64,000 nt of DNA, taken from an uncultured Bacteroides sp. Its GTDB lineage: Bacteria > Bacteroidota > Bacteroidia > Bacteroidales > GCA-2748055. Each line of letters starts with the position of its first letter. Position 1 is the stretch's first letter. The position numbers were made by a program, and so were the translations under genes. The notes under the pieces are model-generated. The model was not told where the DNA came from. It did not search any database and worked only from the letters and a program-made list of their open reading frames with translations. Below are positions 43,532 to 53,627 of the stretch, piece after piece. The DNA is taken from contig CAZNSZ010000002.1 in NCBI GenBank assembly GCA_964575865.1, forward strand, positions 390 through 64,389, in the 5' to 3' direction.

Positions 43532-44323
43532 TCAGCGGGGGGACTGAATCAGGCTGATGGCATGCATGCCGTAGGACTTTACCGTTCCCTCCGATTCAAC
43601 AAGCAGTTCCCCGAATTCACTGATCCCCCTGATCACCCCGGTGAATACCTGTCCCTCCGACTGGTATTCGGCAGGGATATTCAGGTTGTGAAGACGTTCC
43701 AGGTACTCCTGGCGGAAGGCCTCATCACGGCCCGCTTTCAGTCCCTCGTACCGGTCCATCAGCAAGCCGGCAAGCCTGGTGGCCAGCTCCTCCGTTTCAA
43801 ACAGCCGCGCGGTTTCCAGGGCCAGCGAGGTGGCCTTCACAGGGAAAACAGGGAACTTGGCCTGGTTCACGTTGAGACCGATCCCGATCACCGAATGGGA
43901 GAATGTCCCTCCCAGGATCCCGTTCTCGATCAGGATTCCCGCAATCTTGCCTGTTCTGACCAGCATATCATTGGGCCATTTGATCACCGGCTGAAGGGAT
44001 TCCTCCTTCAGCAGGTCAGCAATGGCCAGGCTGGTGATCACCGAGAGGCTGAATTGTCGCGAGGCTGACAAAAATGCAGGGTACAGCAAAAAACTCATCA
44101 GCAGGTTCCTCCCCGGTTCACTGACCCAGGTATGCTCCCCCTGTCCCTTTCCATGGCTTTGATAATCAGCAACTAATGCAATTTCCTGCCCGAACGGGTT
44201 TCCTGTGACCCTTTCCGAAAGGTAGGCATTGGTCGAAGAAACAGCATCCAGATGTACCCACTGCAGATCCACGGTATAATTTTTGTCCTGTATGATGCCA
44301 GAATGGCAACAATTGGCGCCCAA
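43532..44323 (-). CDS. birA: Biotin--[acetyl-CoA-carboxylase] ligase
   Basis: Has VSSTNAYL and GKGQGEHTWVSEPG (GRGRxGRxW-type motif), then LKWPND seen as IKWPND. There is no N-terminal HTH. It has a TTG start. Confidence 0.88.
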   Translation of the reverse strand: MGANCCHSGIIQDKNYTVDLQWVHLDAVSSTNAYLSERVTGNPFGQEIALVADYQSHGKGQGEHTWVSEPGRNLLMSFLLYPAFLSASRQFSLSVITSLAIADLLKEESLQPVIKWPNDMLVRTGKIAGILIENGILGGTFSHSVIGIGLNVNQAKFPVFPVKATSLALETARLFETEELATRLAGLLMDRYEGLKAGRDEAFRQEYLERLHNLNIPAEYQSEGQVFTGVIRGISEFGELLVESEGTVKSYGMHAISLIQSPR

Positions 44324-44389
44324 TCATGTTATCCTTTTCAGGACATGGCGGGCGCACCCAATTTACGAAATTGTAACGTCTAAAATGAT

Positions 44390-44397
44390 TACCTTTG
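44390..44397 (+). promoter_or_regulatory. -7 promoter box TACCTTTG (TAnnTTTG) upstream of rsfS
   Basis: Exact match. It overlaps the ORF-track TTG start, which favours ATG 44413 as the true start. Confidence 0.4.
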
Positions 44398-44412
44398 TTA
44401 ATAAAAGTGCAG

Positions 44413-44784
44413 ATGGAGGATAGCGAACCGTTGCAGGTGGAAGAGAAAAGTCGTCTGATCATAGAAGCCATTCGGGAAAAGAAAGGACATCAGATTGTTA
44501 CCATCGACCTGACCGCTGTCGAAAATTCCATCTGCGATTGTTTTATCATCTGTCACGGCGAATCGGTGACACAGGTTGGAGCGATCGCGGAGTCCGTTGA
44601 AAGAAAGTTGAAGGAGGAAGCCAGCATCCGGGCCCACCATGTGGAAGGCCTCAGGAACAGCCAGTGGGTCCTGATCGATTACTTCGATGTGCTGGTGCAT
44701 GTGTTCCAGCAGGACTTCAGGTCCTTTTACAGGCTTGAGGAACTCTGGGCTGACGGTAAAGTAGTACAGGTTGAAGAGGGTTAG
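44413..44784 (+). CDS. rsfS: Ribosome silencing factor RsfS
   Basis: KKGHQIVTIDL ... DCFIICHGESVTQV ... WVLIDYFDVLVHVF is the typical RsfS/Iojap pattern. Confidence 0.9.
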   Translation: MEDSEPLQVEEKSRLIIEAIREKKGHQIVTIDLTAVENSICDCFIICHGESVTQVGAIAESVERKLKEEASIRAHHVEGLRNSQWVLIDYFDVLVHVFQQDFRSFYRLEELWADGKVVQVEEG

Positions 44785-44797
44785 CAATTAAGAAATT

Positions 44798-47002
44798 ATG
44801 GCAGAGAAGAGAAATACACCGGGCGGTTTCCCGGGATCCGGTCCGGGCAACAGGCAGGGCGGCCCCAATAAGCCCAAGTTCAATTCATACTGGATCATCG
44901 GCATCATTCTGCTGGCAATGATCGGGATTCAGTTCCTGAGCTCCAGCGGCGGGCTGAAGGAGATCGATTCCAACCGCTTTTTTCAGATCCTGAAGCGGGG
45001 AGACATCGAAAAGATCGTGATCGTCAACAAGGAGAAGGTGGAGATCTACATCAAACCGGACCGCCTGTCCGATCCGGCCTACGATGACATCAAATCCCAG
45101 AAGACCAATACGGTGCTGGGACAATCGGTTCCCCAGTATTACTTCAACATCATCAGCCAGGATGTCTTTGTGGGTGACCTGAACCGGGTCATGAACGAAC
45201 TGCCCCCTGAAGACAGGCCCTCCCAGACCACGGTAACGCGGCGCAACTATTTCGGGGAGATCCTCCTCTGGGTGCTTCCTTTCCTGCTGATCCTGGGGAT
45301 CTGGATCTACATGCTGCGCAGGATGGGGGGAGGCGGTGGCGCCGGGGGTTCCAACATCTTCAGTGTCGGTAAATCAAAAGCCCAGATCTTCGATAAAGAG
45401 ACCAGTGTAAAGGTGGACTTTCACGATGTGGCTGGACTTGAGGAGGCCAAGATCGAGATCCGCGAGATCGTTGAATTCCTGAAGAATCCCAGGAAATATA
45501 CAGATCTTGGCGGGAAGATCCCAAAGGGTGCCCTGCTGGTCGGCCCTCCCGGTACCGGAAAGACCCTGCTGGCCAAAGCAGTGGCAGGAGAAGCCAATGT
45601 GCCCTTCTTCTCCATGTCGGGATCCGATTTCGTGGAAATGTTCGTGGGGGTGGGTGCCTCCAGGGTACGCGACCTTTTCAAACAGGCCAAGGAGAAAGCC
45701 CCCTGTATCGTCTTCATCGATGAGATCGATGCGGTGGGTCGCGCCCGTGGCAGGAATCCCAATTTCGGGTCCAATGACGAAAGGGAGAATACCCTGAACC
45801 AGCTGCTGACCGAAATGGACGGATTCAGCAGCAACAGCGGGGTGATTATCCTGGCAGCCACCAACCGGGCCGATGTGCTGGACAAGGCGCTGCTCCGGGC
45901 AGGCAGGTTCGACAGGCAGATCCACGTGGAGCTTCCGGATCTGAATGAACGAAAGGCCATTTTCGAGGTCCATACCAAGCCGATCAAGGTGGATTCATCG
46001 GTCGATGTGGCTTTCCTGGCCAAACAGACCCCCGGATTCTCCGGGGCCGACATTGCCAATGTCTGCAACGAGGCTGCACTGATCGCCGCCAGAAAGGACA
46101 AGAAAGCAGTGGAGCGCCAGGACTTCCTGGATGCCGTGGACAGGATCATCGGGGGACTGGAGAAGAAGAACAAGATCATCAAGGAGGAGGAGAAGCGGAC
46201 CATTGCATGGCACGAAGCGGGGCACGCAACGGTGAGCTGGTTGCTCGAACATGCCAATCCCCTGGTGAAAGTCACCATTATCCCCAGGGGCAGGGCACTG
46301 GGGGCAGCCTGGTACCTGCCGGAGGAGAGGCAGATCACCACCACTGAACAGATGCTCGATGAAATGTGTGCCACCCTCGGGGGACGTGCTTCCGAAGAGA
46401 TCACCTTCAGCAAGATCAGCACGGGGGCTCTGAACGACCTGGAGCGGGTGACCAAACAGGCCTATGCCATGATCTCCTACTTCGGAATGAGCGACAAGAT
46501 CGGGAACCGGAGCTACTATGATTCCAGCGGGCAGCAGGATTTTGCCTTTAACAAACCGTACAGCGAAAAGACCGCCGAAACCATCGATGAGGAGGTCAAG
46601 GGACTGATCGACGTCCAGTACGAAAGGGCCAAATCGATCCTTAAAAAGAACCGCAAAGGACTCGATCAGCTGGCTTCCATCCTGCTGGAAAAGGAGGTGA
46701 TCTTCAGTGATGACCTGGAGAAGATTTTCGGGAAACGCCCCTGGAGCACCGAGGAACCGCTGCCTGAAAAACCCCGGGAGCTGAAAACAGCGGACGATTC
46801 CCTCTCCGGGGGGACCGGTCCTGAGGGAGCAGACGGAAACCAGGCCGGCCAGGATGTTGCGGCCGGTACCGGGGATGGATCAGCAACGAAGAAAAAAAGA
46901 TCCGGGGGGAACGCAGGGAAGACGGTCCGAAAGAAGAAGGCCTCCGGGGAGGACGCTGAAGAAGAGCTTCCTTTTGCCAGGCAGGACGAAAAAGGGGCGT
47001 AA
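44798..47002 (+). CDS. ftsH: ATP-dependent zinc metalloprotease FtsH
   Basis: Has two N-terminal TMs, Walker A GPPGTGKT, Walker B IVFIDEID, the SRH motif and the zinc site HEAGHA. The C-terminal tail is low-complexity and K/G/E-rich. Confidence 0.95.
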   Translation: MAEKRNTPGGFPGSGPGNRQGGPNKPKFNSYWIIGIILLAMIGIQFLSSSGGLKEIDSNRFFQILKRGDIEKIVIVNKEKVEIYIKPDRLSDPAYDDIKSQKTNTVLGQSVPQYYFNIISQDVFVGDLNRVMNELPPEDRPSQTTVTRRNYFGEILLWVLPFLLILGIWIYMLRRMGGGGGAGGSNIFSVGKSKAQIFDKETSVKVDFHDVAGLEEAKIEIREIVEFLKNPRKYTDLGGKIPKGALLVGPPGTGKTLLAKAVAGEANVPFFSMSGSDFVEMFVGVGASRVRDLFKQAKEKAPCIVFIDEIDAVGRARGRNPNFGSNDERENTLNQLLTEMDGFSSNSGVIILAATNRADVLDKALLRAGRFDRQIHVELPDLNERKAIFEVHTKPIKVDSSVDVAFLAKQTPGFSGADIANVCNEAALIAARKDKKAVERQDFLDAVDRIIGGLEKKNKIIKEEEKRTIAWHEAGHATVSWLLEHANPLVKVTIIPRGRALGAAWYLPEERQITTTEQMLDEMCATLGGRASEEITFSKISTGALNDLERVTKQAYAMISYFGMSDKIGNRSYYDSSGQQDFAFNKPYSEKTAETIDEEVKGLIDVQYERAKSILKKNRKGLDQLASILLEKEVIFSDDLEKIFGKRPWSTEEPLPEKPRELKTADDSLSGGTGPEGADGNQAGQDVAAGTGDGSATKKKRSGGNAGKTVRKKKASGEDAEEELPFARQDEKGA

Positions 47003-47208
47003 TGGCGACGGACCTGGTCAGGATCTACTCGGTGGACAAATTGTATCAGGCAGAACTGCTGCGGCAGCTGCTGACTGACCACAACATCCACTCCTTCATT
47101 GTCAACAAACAGGATTCGGCATATAAATTCGGGGACATTGAGCTGTTCGTCCACCGCGATGATGTGATGAAAGCCAAGATGTTGATCCGTGAATTCGAAA
47201 CCCCTTGA
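47002..47208 (+). CDS. Small DUF2007-like putative signal-transducing protein
   Basis: It is 68 aa. The pattern VRIYSVDKLYQAELLRQLLTDHNIHSFIVNKQDS...ELFVHRDDVMKAKMLI matches my recollection of this family. The start overlaps the ftsH stop (TAATG). Confidence 0.65.
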   Translation: MATDLVRIYSVDKLYQAELLRQLLTDHNIHSFIVNKQDSAYKFGDIELFVHRDDVMKAKMLIREFETP

Positions 47209-47999
47209 AAGAACTTTTCATTCGAACGCTCACCGGGATTCAGCTCATCGTGCTGGTGGCCGGAGCCATCCTCCTGGGGCCCCTGGTCCTGGCAGGCATG
47301 CTGCTGGTGATCGCCCTGGTGGGAATGGACGAGCTCAGGAAAATGGAACGGCTCAAGGCAACCCCGCCCCTGCTCGCCATGGGTTTCTCAGCGGCGCTCC
47401 TGATCCCTGTCACCCTGCTTGTATGGCGTTACCAGTGGAGCCCATGGTGGTTCGCCGTGGTCCTTCCGGGATGGCTGGCGGGAATGGCCTGGTCGCGCCT
47501 GCCGCGCCCCGGTGTGCTGATGCTGCTCTGGATCGCACTTCCACTGGCCTCCTTCCTGGCCCTCGGATATGCAGGGGGAGATGGGAGATACCTTTCCCCT
47601 CTTCCCCTCTCCGTGATCGCACTGATCTGGATCAATGATACCTTTGCATACCTCTCCGGATCAGGACTGGGCCGCCATCCGATGACTCCCGGCCTTTCCC
47701 CCGGAAAGACCTGGGAGGGAATGGCAGGAGGGTTGATGGCCACCCTGCTGGGGGGATTCGCGCTCAGCAAACTCACCGGATTATTCGTGGAGGGGCGCTG
47801 GGCCCTTGTTGCACTCCTGGTCTCTCTGCTTGCCCTCGCCGGTGACCTCTTCGAATCGGCCATGAAGCGACAAGCGAAGGTGAAGGATTCCGGTTCCCTC
47901 CTGCCCGGTCACGGCGGTGTCCTCGACCGGTTCGACTCCCTTCTTTTTGTGAGCCCGGTATTGCTTCTTTTGTTTCATCTTTTTAACAGCCTGATATGA
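47205..47999 (+). CDS. cdsA: Phosphatidate cytidylyltransferase
   Basis: Multi-TM protein with the signature SAMKRQAKVKDSGSLLPGHGGVLDRFDS. It has a TTG start overlapping the upstream stop. Confidence 0.9.
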   Translation: MKELFIRTLTGIQLIVLVAGAILLGPLVLAGMLLVIALVGMDELRKMERLKATPPLLAMGFSAALLIPVTLLVWRYQWSPWWFAVVLPGWLAGMAWSRLPRPGVLMLLWIALPLASFLALGYAGGDGRYLSPLPLSVIALIWINDTFAYLSGSGLGRHPMTPGLSPGKTWEGMAGGLMATLLGGFALSKLTGLFVEGRWALVALLVSLLALAGDLFESAMKRQAKVKDSGSLLPGHGGVLDRFDSLLFVSPVLLLLFHLFNSLI

Positions 48000-48649
48000 T
48001 CAAGATTCACCGCGAAGGCCGGCTGATCGTAGCCCTTACGTTTCTGATCCTGCTAGTGCTGGTGGTTCTCACCGGTCTCTTCCTCCCATCCGCCTTTAAC
48101 TACATTGTCTCAGCCATCGCCCTGCTGGTCCTGATCCTGGTGATCCGGTTCTTCCGTGTTCCACGACGGAATCCCTTCAGGGATGAGCGCAGCATCGTAT
48201 CACCGGCCGATGGACAGGTGGTGGCCATTGAGAAGGTATACCAGGAAGAGTTCCTTGAAACAGAGTGCCTCCAGGTCTCCATCTTCATGAGCATCCATGA
48301 TGTGCACATCAATTATTACCCGGTGAGCGGATCCGTGGGGTACGTCCGTTACCATCCGGGGAAGTACCTGCTGGCGCGACATCCCAAATCCTCCACCCTC
48401 AACGAGCGCCAGTCCGTCGGCATCAGGGCCTCCTGGGGACCGCTTCTCGTCAGGCAGGTGGCAGGCACCGTTGCGCGCAGGATCAGATGCTATGCCTCCC
48501 CCCACCAGCAGGTGGAGCAGGGATCGGAAATGGGGTTCATCAGGTTCGGTTCCAGGCTCGACCTCTTCCTCCCGCTGGATGCCGAGATAAAGGTTAAACT
48601 CCGGGAGCGGGTGATGGGCGGGGTCACCACCCTGGCCAGGATCAAATAA
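47996..48649 (+). CDS. psd: Phosphatidylserine decarboxylase family protein
   Basis: Has two N-terminal TMs, SPADG and the C-terminal FGSR region of the short Bacteroidota/archaeal-type Psd. There is a 4-nt overlap with cdsA. Confidence 0.85.
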   Translation: MIKIHREGRLIVALTFLILLVLVVLTGLFLPSAFNYIVSAIALLVLILVIRFFRVPRRNPFRDERSIVSPADGQVVAIEKVYQEEFLETECLQVSIFMSIHDVHINYYPVSGSVGYVRYHPGKYLLARHPKSSTLNERQSVGIRASWGPLLVRQVAGTVARRIRCYASPHQQVEQGSEMGFIRFGSRLDLFLPLDAEIKVKLRERVMGGVTTLARIK

Positions 48650-48744
48650 AAGACCCGAAACTCTTTTTTAACATCTGCTTAACAACTGCCAGGGATTCCG
48701 GGGGTTATCTTGCACCCATTGTTTACCTCAAAAAATTAACGACC

Positions 48745-49014
48745 ATGAAAAAAGTATTAGCAGTTCTGACGCTGGCATTATTCATCGGTGGGATCACTGT
48801 ACCGGCAGTGGCAGCCATCAACAACAATATGACCGTGATCACCATGACTGAAGAGGATCCGGCCAAGAAGACCACCGAGAAGAAATCAGAAACCAAAGCC
48901 AAAAGTGGTGATTGCGCCGCTCCGGCCGAGAAGAGTGAAACCGCCAAGAAAGCCGAGAAGAAAGGTGGCGACTGCTCCACTCCCGCCGAGGGAAGCGAGA
49001 CCGCAAAAAAGTAG
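48745..49014 (+). CDS. Small secreted K/E-rich protein with internal duplicated GDCxxPAExSETAKK unit
   Basis: Has the signal peptide MKKVLAVLTLALFIGGITVPAVAA and two copies of K(S/G)GDC(A/S)(A/T)PAE(K/G)SETAKK. I recognise no family. Confidence 0.6.
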   Translation: MKKVLAVLTLALFIGGITVPAVAAINNNMTVITMTEEDPAKKTTEKKSETKAKSGDCAAPAEKSETAKKAEKKGGDCSTPAEGSETAKK

Positions 49015-49069
49015 GCTCAAGATCCTTAAAAGTAAGGTCCGTTACATTCAGATTGTGAGTTTTCAGAAA

Positions 49070-49099
49070 CTGTCCCGCGCTTGCGGGACAGTTTTTTTT
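49070..49099 (+). terminator. Rho-independent terminator
   Basis: The 9-bp stem CTGTCCCGC / GCGGGACAG has a 4-nt loop and is followed by T8. It lies about 55 nt after the stop of the small secreted protein gene. Confidence 0.85.
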
Positions 49100-49114
49100 A
49101 TGCCCCGGCTTGGC

Positions 49115-49122
49115 TATATTTG
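49115..49122 (+). promoter_or_regulatory. -7 promoter box TATATTTG (TAnnTTTG) upstream of flavodiiron gene
   Basis: Exact match, 20 nt upstream of ATG 49143 and directly after the terminator. Confidence 0.45.
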
Positions 49123-49142
49123 CACTCAAACCGAACGGATCC

Positions 49143-50351
49143 ATGAATAAGAAACAAATATTGAGCGTTTCCGAAGATGTCAGCTGGATCGGGGTGCTGG
49201 ACAGGGAACTGGTCACTTTCGACATTGTGATGGAAACCAAGTACGGAACCACCTACAATTCCTACTTCATCGATGCACAGAAAAAGACCCTCATCGATAC
49301 CGTCAAGGAGAGCTTCTGGCCATCTTACCGTGAAAAGATCCTGGCCCTGACCGATCCTTCCGAGATCGAATACATCGTTTTCAACCACACCGAACCGGAC
49401 CATTCAGGATCGCTTCCCCATTTGCTTGAACTGGCCCCCAATGCCACTGTAGTGGGGAGCGGGCAGGCATTGACGTACCTTTCCGAAATGATGGAAAGGC
49501 CATTCCACTCCCTGAGGGTGAAGGACGGGGATGTGATCGATCTGGGGAACAAAAAACTGAGGGTGATCGGTGCACCAAACCTCCACTGGCCCGACACCAT
49601 TTACACCTATCTCGAAGAGGAGGGACTGCTGTTCACCTGCGATTCCTTCGGGGCCCATTACGCGGACGAAAGGATGATGGATGACCTGGTGGACGATTAC
49701 TCCGATGCCTATTCCTACTATTTCAACGTCATCCTGAAGCCTTACAGCAAGTTCATGATGAAGGCCATTGAAAAGATCAGGCCGCTTCCGCTGGATATGA
49801 TCTGTCCGGGGCACGGTCCCATCCTCCGCTCCGGGTGGAAAGAGAAGCTGGGGCTCGCCGAAAAAATGGCCGGAGCGTATCTGAACGAGACCATGAAGCA
49901 AAACAGGGTCCTCGTGGCCTATATATCTGCCTACGGGTACACCCGGGCCATGGCCGAACAGGTGGCAGAGGGGCTGAGGAAATCAGGGCTGGTTCAGGTG
50001 GAGGTGGTCGACATTGAACACATCCTGCTGGGGGAGCTGGAGGAACACCTGGTCCGGGCCGACGGGTTGCTCATCGGGTCGCCCACCATCAACCAGAACA
50101 CCCTGCTGCCGGTCTACAGGCTCTTTTCGGTCATCAATCCCATCCGCGATAAAGGAAAACCGGCTGCTGTATTCGGCTCATTCGGCTGGAGCGGCGAAGC
50201 TGTCGGGCTGATTGAGGATCACCTGAGGAACCTGAAGCTGAATGTGATTTGTGAAGGACAGATGGCCAGGTTCCAGCCGGGACAGGAGGATGCCCGGAAG
50301 CTGGTCAGCCTGGGTGAAGAATTCAGCAGGGCCCTGCAGGCAGAAGCCTGA
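49143..50351 (+). CDS. Flavodiiron protein (FprA/ROO type: metallo-beta-lactamase-like + flavodoxin domains)
   Basis: Has the diiron motif NHTEPDHSG and a C-terminal flavodoxin domain (VLVAYISAYGYTRAMAE ... GSPTINQN). There is no rubredoxin domain. Confidence 0.88.
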   Translation: MNKKQILSVSEDVSWIGVLDRELVTFDIVMETKYGTTYNSYFIDAQKKTLIDTVKESFWPSYREKILALTDPSEIEYIVFNHTEPDHSGSLPHLLELAPNATVVGSGQALTYLSEMMERPFHSLRVKDGDVIDLGNKKLRVIGAPNLHWPDTIYTYLEEEGLLFTCDSFGAHYADERMMDDLVDDYSDAYSYYFNVILKPYSKFMMKAIEKIRPLPLDMICPGHGPILRSGWKEKLGLAEKMAGAYLNETMKQNRVLVAYISAYGYTRAMAEQVAEGLRKSGLVQVEVVDIEHILLGELEEHLVRADGLLIGSPTINQNTLLPVYRLFSVINPIRDKGKPAAVFGSFGWSGEAVGLIEDHLRNLKLNVICEGQMARFQPGQEDARKLVSLGEEFSRALQAEA

Positions 50352-53300
50352 TCAGCGTGCCTTCATCAGTTTACCACGGCCTTTGATCACCCCGCCTTCT
50401 TCCCACAGCACCAGGTAGATCCCGTGCGACAGCCGGCTGATATCAAGCTCGTACCTGGTCTGTCCCGGCACGGTCTCCATTGCATCCACCGTTCTTCCCG
50501 AAAGGTCCGTCACCCAGAGGGTGCCCTTTCCGTTACGGCCCTCCGCCATTTCAATGGTTACCCTGTCGGTGGCGGGATTGGGGTAAAGCCGGAGGTCCGC
50601 CGGACTGTTCCTGCGGTCCGGACTGCTTACCTGCGGGGAGCGGTAATCTGCAGTGGCCTGCAGGAACTCCCTGGTATCGCGGTTCTGGATGAAAGCGACC
50701 ACCGCCAGATCCTCAGGATCCTCCACAAAAGCGGGGTATGACCAGTTAAAGGTCCTGGATTCGGACATCCAGGCCGACCAGGCATTCCCGAGCAGTGTTC
50801 CGGTGGGTGAGGGGAGCATGTCCATGACCACGTTGCGGAACGCGGTATCCTGGTTGAGCCCCGTATAGGCGGTCACTTCTGTCTCGATAACCGCCACATA
50901 CAACTGGATGCTGGAGGTGAAGGTATCCGCCAGGCATGTGACCGTGGCCGTAGCCTCCAGGGCACCCTCCGACCACTCTACCTGAATACCCACATTGAAT
51001 GCGGGTATTTCCAGGGAGGCCTGTTTCAGTGCCTCTTCGCTGGGCATCTGTCCCGGTCCCGAGAAATCATACTGTGTACCCGGTGCGGTTCCCCCGTTCA
51101 GCACGGCAAAGGGGACTTCCTGAATCCCGTAATTGAACACCCTGGTGGCGGCGGGATACGGATTATTCTGGTTCATGGGATCGGCACCGGGGAATGCGGT
51201 ATGGTACTGGATATCGATCACACTTTTGCTGTTGGAAGCGGCGAACTCATCGGTGATGTCGTCGGCACCGGCACAGAGGAAACTGGAGGAATTGGTGAAA
51301 TGCTCCAGCACAGAGGTGCGTACCCGGTCGCCGATAAAGATGTTGTCAAATGCAAAACCCTGGTTCCCCATCTGCCTCGTCCCGCCGGTGGCCACGGCAA
51401 TCCTGAGCCTGGCCTGCGGGAGTCCCGAGAGCATCTCCAGGTCATGGGTGGCGGTGACCCACTCCTCATCGGGATCGAACAGCGGCAGGCCCCATCCGGC
51501 CGGGCTGCCACCCGGCAGGTTGATGAGGCTGGCTGCATTGTACCAGTTGCTCCCCTCCCCCACGGAACCGATGGTCTTCCATCCGTCGGTCACCGATTCC
51601 TGGTACTGGAGCACCGCACCGTCGAAACCGGGCACAAAACTCTTCATCAGGTCCAGCTTGATCAGCGGATTCTGGCTGTTCCTGAAGTCAAAACAGGGGC
51701 TCTGCACCCAGGAGTGCTCCAGGTAGTCACCGGATGCCGGTGGCAGGTCCGTGTACCAGGCGTCATCCCCGGCCACCGGCTGGAACCCTGTAAAATCGGG
51801 TTCACCCAGGGTCCAGCTCATGGACGTATCCGCGGAGACAGGGAGCCATCCTGAATCACCGCCGTTGAAGTCCTCGTTGTATCCTGCCGTCAGCTTATAG
51901 GTGGGCTGCAGTGTGATCTCCTTCCGGATCGCATCCGTGCACCCCGAGCTGTTCTCCACCTGCAGGTCCACCGTATAGGTGCCCAGCACCGTGAAGGGGA
52001 TCTCCACCGTGTCCGAACCGGTCCCGATCATCCCCAGGAAACCCCCGTCGGCGGTCCGGAAGGTCCAGATCAGCGTATCCACGGGGGCGGCCCCCGATGC
52101 GGAAACGTTCAGGAAGGTGATTTTCTTTCCGGGCACAAAGCAGTCGGTGAGCCATATGAAATCGGCCACCGGTTCGTCAGAGAGGATGGTGTCCACCGTG
52201 TGGACCGATGCACACCCGTTGGGGGCGGTGGCTGTGAGGCTGATGGTCACAGGTCCCAGGTTCTCATAAAAATGAGACGGATTCTCCAGGGTGCTTTCGT
52301 TCTCCGGACCGCTGCCTGGATCGCCGAAATCCCATAGCCAGCTCTGAACAGAATCCCTGTCCGTGGTGGTGTTGCTGAACTCCACCAGTCCCCCGTCCGC
52401 AGGCAGGCACACCGGTGAAAGGGTGAATCCCGCTTCCGGGGAAAAACGGTTGGTTAACGTAAAGGAGACACCGGCGGAACATCCGTTGGAAGCGTCGTAC
52501 TGCAGGTTGATTTCCGATTCCCCCAGCACTGCCCCTGGATCCCCCGGATCATAGTAGAACCCTTCCTCCTGGTTGCCGGTAACGCCCGGTCCGGTAAAGA
52601 GGTACACAGCAGCGCTATCGGTCTCCGCCAGGCTGGGGACCAGGGGGTAGGGATCGTCGCTGCTGCAGAGGGTTTCGGGCAGTCCCGGAATGGTGATCTC
52701 GCTGAGGCTGTTCACCGAAAAGCGGAATGTTTTGACCAGTTCCAGCCCCTCCCGCCCGTACCGGTACTCCAGGTCATAACTCCCCTGCAACCCTTCCGGG
52801 GCCAGGGTTGCCTCGTTGTCGTCGGGATCCTCATCGGTGATGTAGCCCCCCACTTCGGCACCCGAACCGGCTTCCTTCAGAGCAAAGGTGCCCGTCAGCC
52901 CGTCGTTGTTGGTTCCCCTGATCAGATAGGTTCTTCCGTCGTCACACAGGTTGTCCACGGTATCGCTTCCGTCAAGCAGTGCCACCCCGCCTTCTCCGTA
53001 TAATACGTATAGCGCTGCTTCATCCTTGCTGGCACACCCGAACTGGTTGTAATAGGTATAGGTGATGGTGTGGGGCGATCCCACCGGGGTGGCGATGCGC
53101 GGGTAGAACCTGTTGGCCGATACCCCGACCCCCGTAAAACTGCCACCGGCAGGATCGCCGGTGAGGGGGATCCCCGACTCACTGACAAGGTATGCCCTTC
53201 GTGCCAGAAGGATGGTCACCGGTGTGGTGGGGTTCACACTCAGGGCCACCTGGCCGAATGAGGTACCGGTCACCCCGAACCGGTCCACCACCCGGGTGAT

Positions 53301-53627
53301 CCGGTATATATTGTCCTCCTGGGGGCTCAGCTGGATGGGATGCGGCGAGCTGATGCCGTTGAGCGAGAGGTAAACGCTGTCTTTATCACTCACCTCCACA
53401 CTCCAGGGTCCGTCACCCGACAGGTAGATGTAGGCCGTCACGGAACCTCCCTGGCACACCTCTGTCTCACTGGAGTAAATGGTGGCTGTCGGCGCCAGCA
53501 CGGACTGTGCGGAATTCTGCACCGGCACCTGTCCCCGGGTACGGGCGGGGTGCCCCGTCATGATCATAAGGACCAGGACCAATGCCAGGAACCCCGGTCC
53601 CCTTGTGCTGCGCGCTGCCTTTCCCAT
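50352..53627 (-). CDS. Large T9SS-secreted surface protein (Ig-like/PKD repeats + MAM/LamG-like region + T9SS C-terminal sorting domain)
   Basis: Has a signal peptide and a PKD signature (WLWDFGDPGSGPENESTLENPSHFY ... ISLTAT). The C-terminal CTD reads LRLYPNPATDRVTIEM ... LSHGIYLVLWEEGGVIKGRGKLMK. The ATG overlaps the upstream stop by 1 nt (TGATG). Confidence 0.85.
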   Translation of the reverse strand: MGKAARSTRGPGFLALVLVLMIMTGHPARTRGQVPVQNSAQSVLAPTATIYSSETEVCQGGSVTAYIYLSGDGPWSVEVSDKDSVYLSLNGISSPHPIQLSPQEDNIYRITRVVDRFGVTGTSFGQVALSVNPTTPVTILLARRAYLVSESGIPLTGDPAGGSFTGVGVSANRFYPRIATPVGSPHTITYTYYNQFGCASKDEAALYVLYGEGGVALLDGSDTVDNLCDDGRTYLIRGTNNDGLTGTFALKEAGSGAEVGGYITDEDPDDNEATLAPEGLQGSYDLEYRYGREGLELVKTFRFSVNSLSEITIPGLPETLCSSDDPYPLVPSLAETDSAAVYLFTGPGVTGNQEEGFYYDPGDPGAVLGESEINLQYDASNGCSAGVSFTLTNRFSPEAGFTLSPVCLPADGGLVEFSNTTTDRDSVQSWLWDFGDPGSGPENESTLENPSHFYENLGPVTISLTATAPNGCASVHTVDTILSDEPVADFIWLTDCFVPGKKITFLNVSASGAAPVDTLIWTFRTADGGFLGMIGTGSDTVEIPFTVLGTYTVDLQVENSSGCTDAIRKEITLQPTYKLTAGYNEDFNGGDSGWLPVSADTSMSWTLGEPDFTGFQPVAGDDAWYTDLPPASGDYLEHSWVQSPCFDFRNSQNPLIKLDLMKSFVPGFDGAVLQYQESVTDGWKTIGSVGEGSNWYNAASLINLPGGSPAGWGLPLFDPDEEWVTATHDLEMLSGLPQARLRIAVATGGTRQMGNQGFAFDNIFIGDRVRTSVLEHFTNSSSFLCAGADDITDEFAASNSKSVIDIQYHTAFPGADPMNQNNPYPAATRVFNYGIQEVPFAVLNGGTAPGTQYDFSGPGQMPSEEALKQASLEIPAFNVGIQVEWSEGALEATATVTCLADTFTSSIQLYVAVIETEVTAYTGLNQDTAFRNVVMDMLPSPTGTLLGNAWSAWMSESRTFNWSYPAFVEDPEDLAVVAFIQNRDTREFLQATADYRSPQVSSPDRRNSPADLRLYPNPATDRVTIEMAEGRNGKGTLWVTDLSGRTVDAMETVPGQTRYELDISRLSHGIYLVLWEEGGVIKGRGKLMKAR

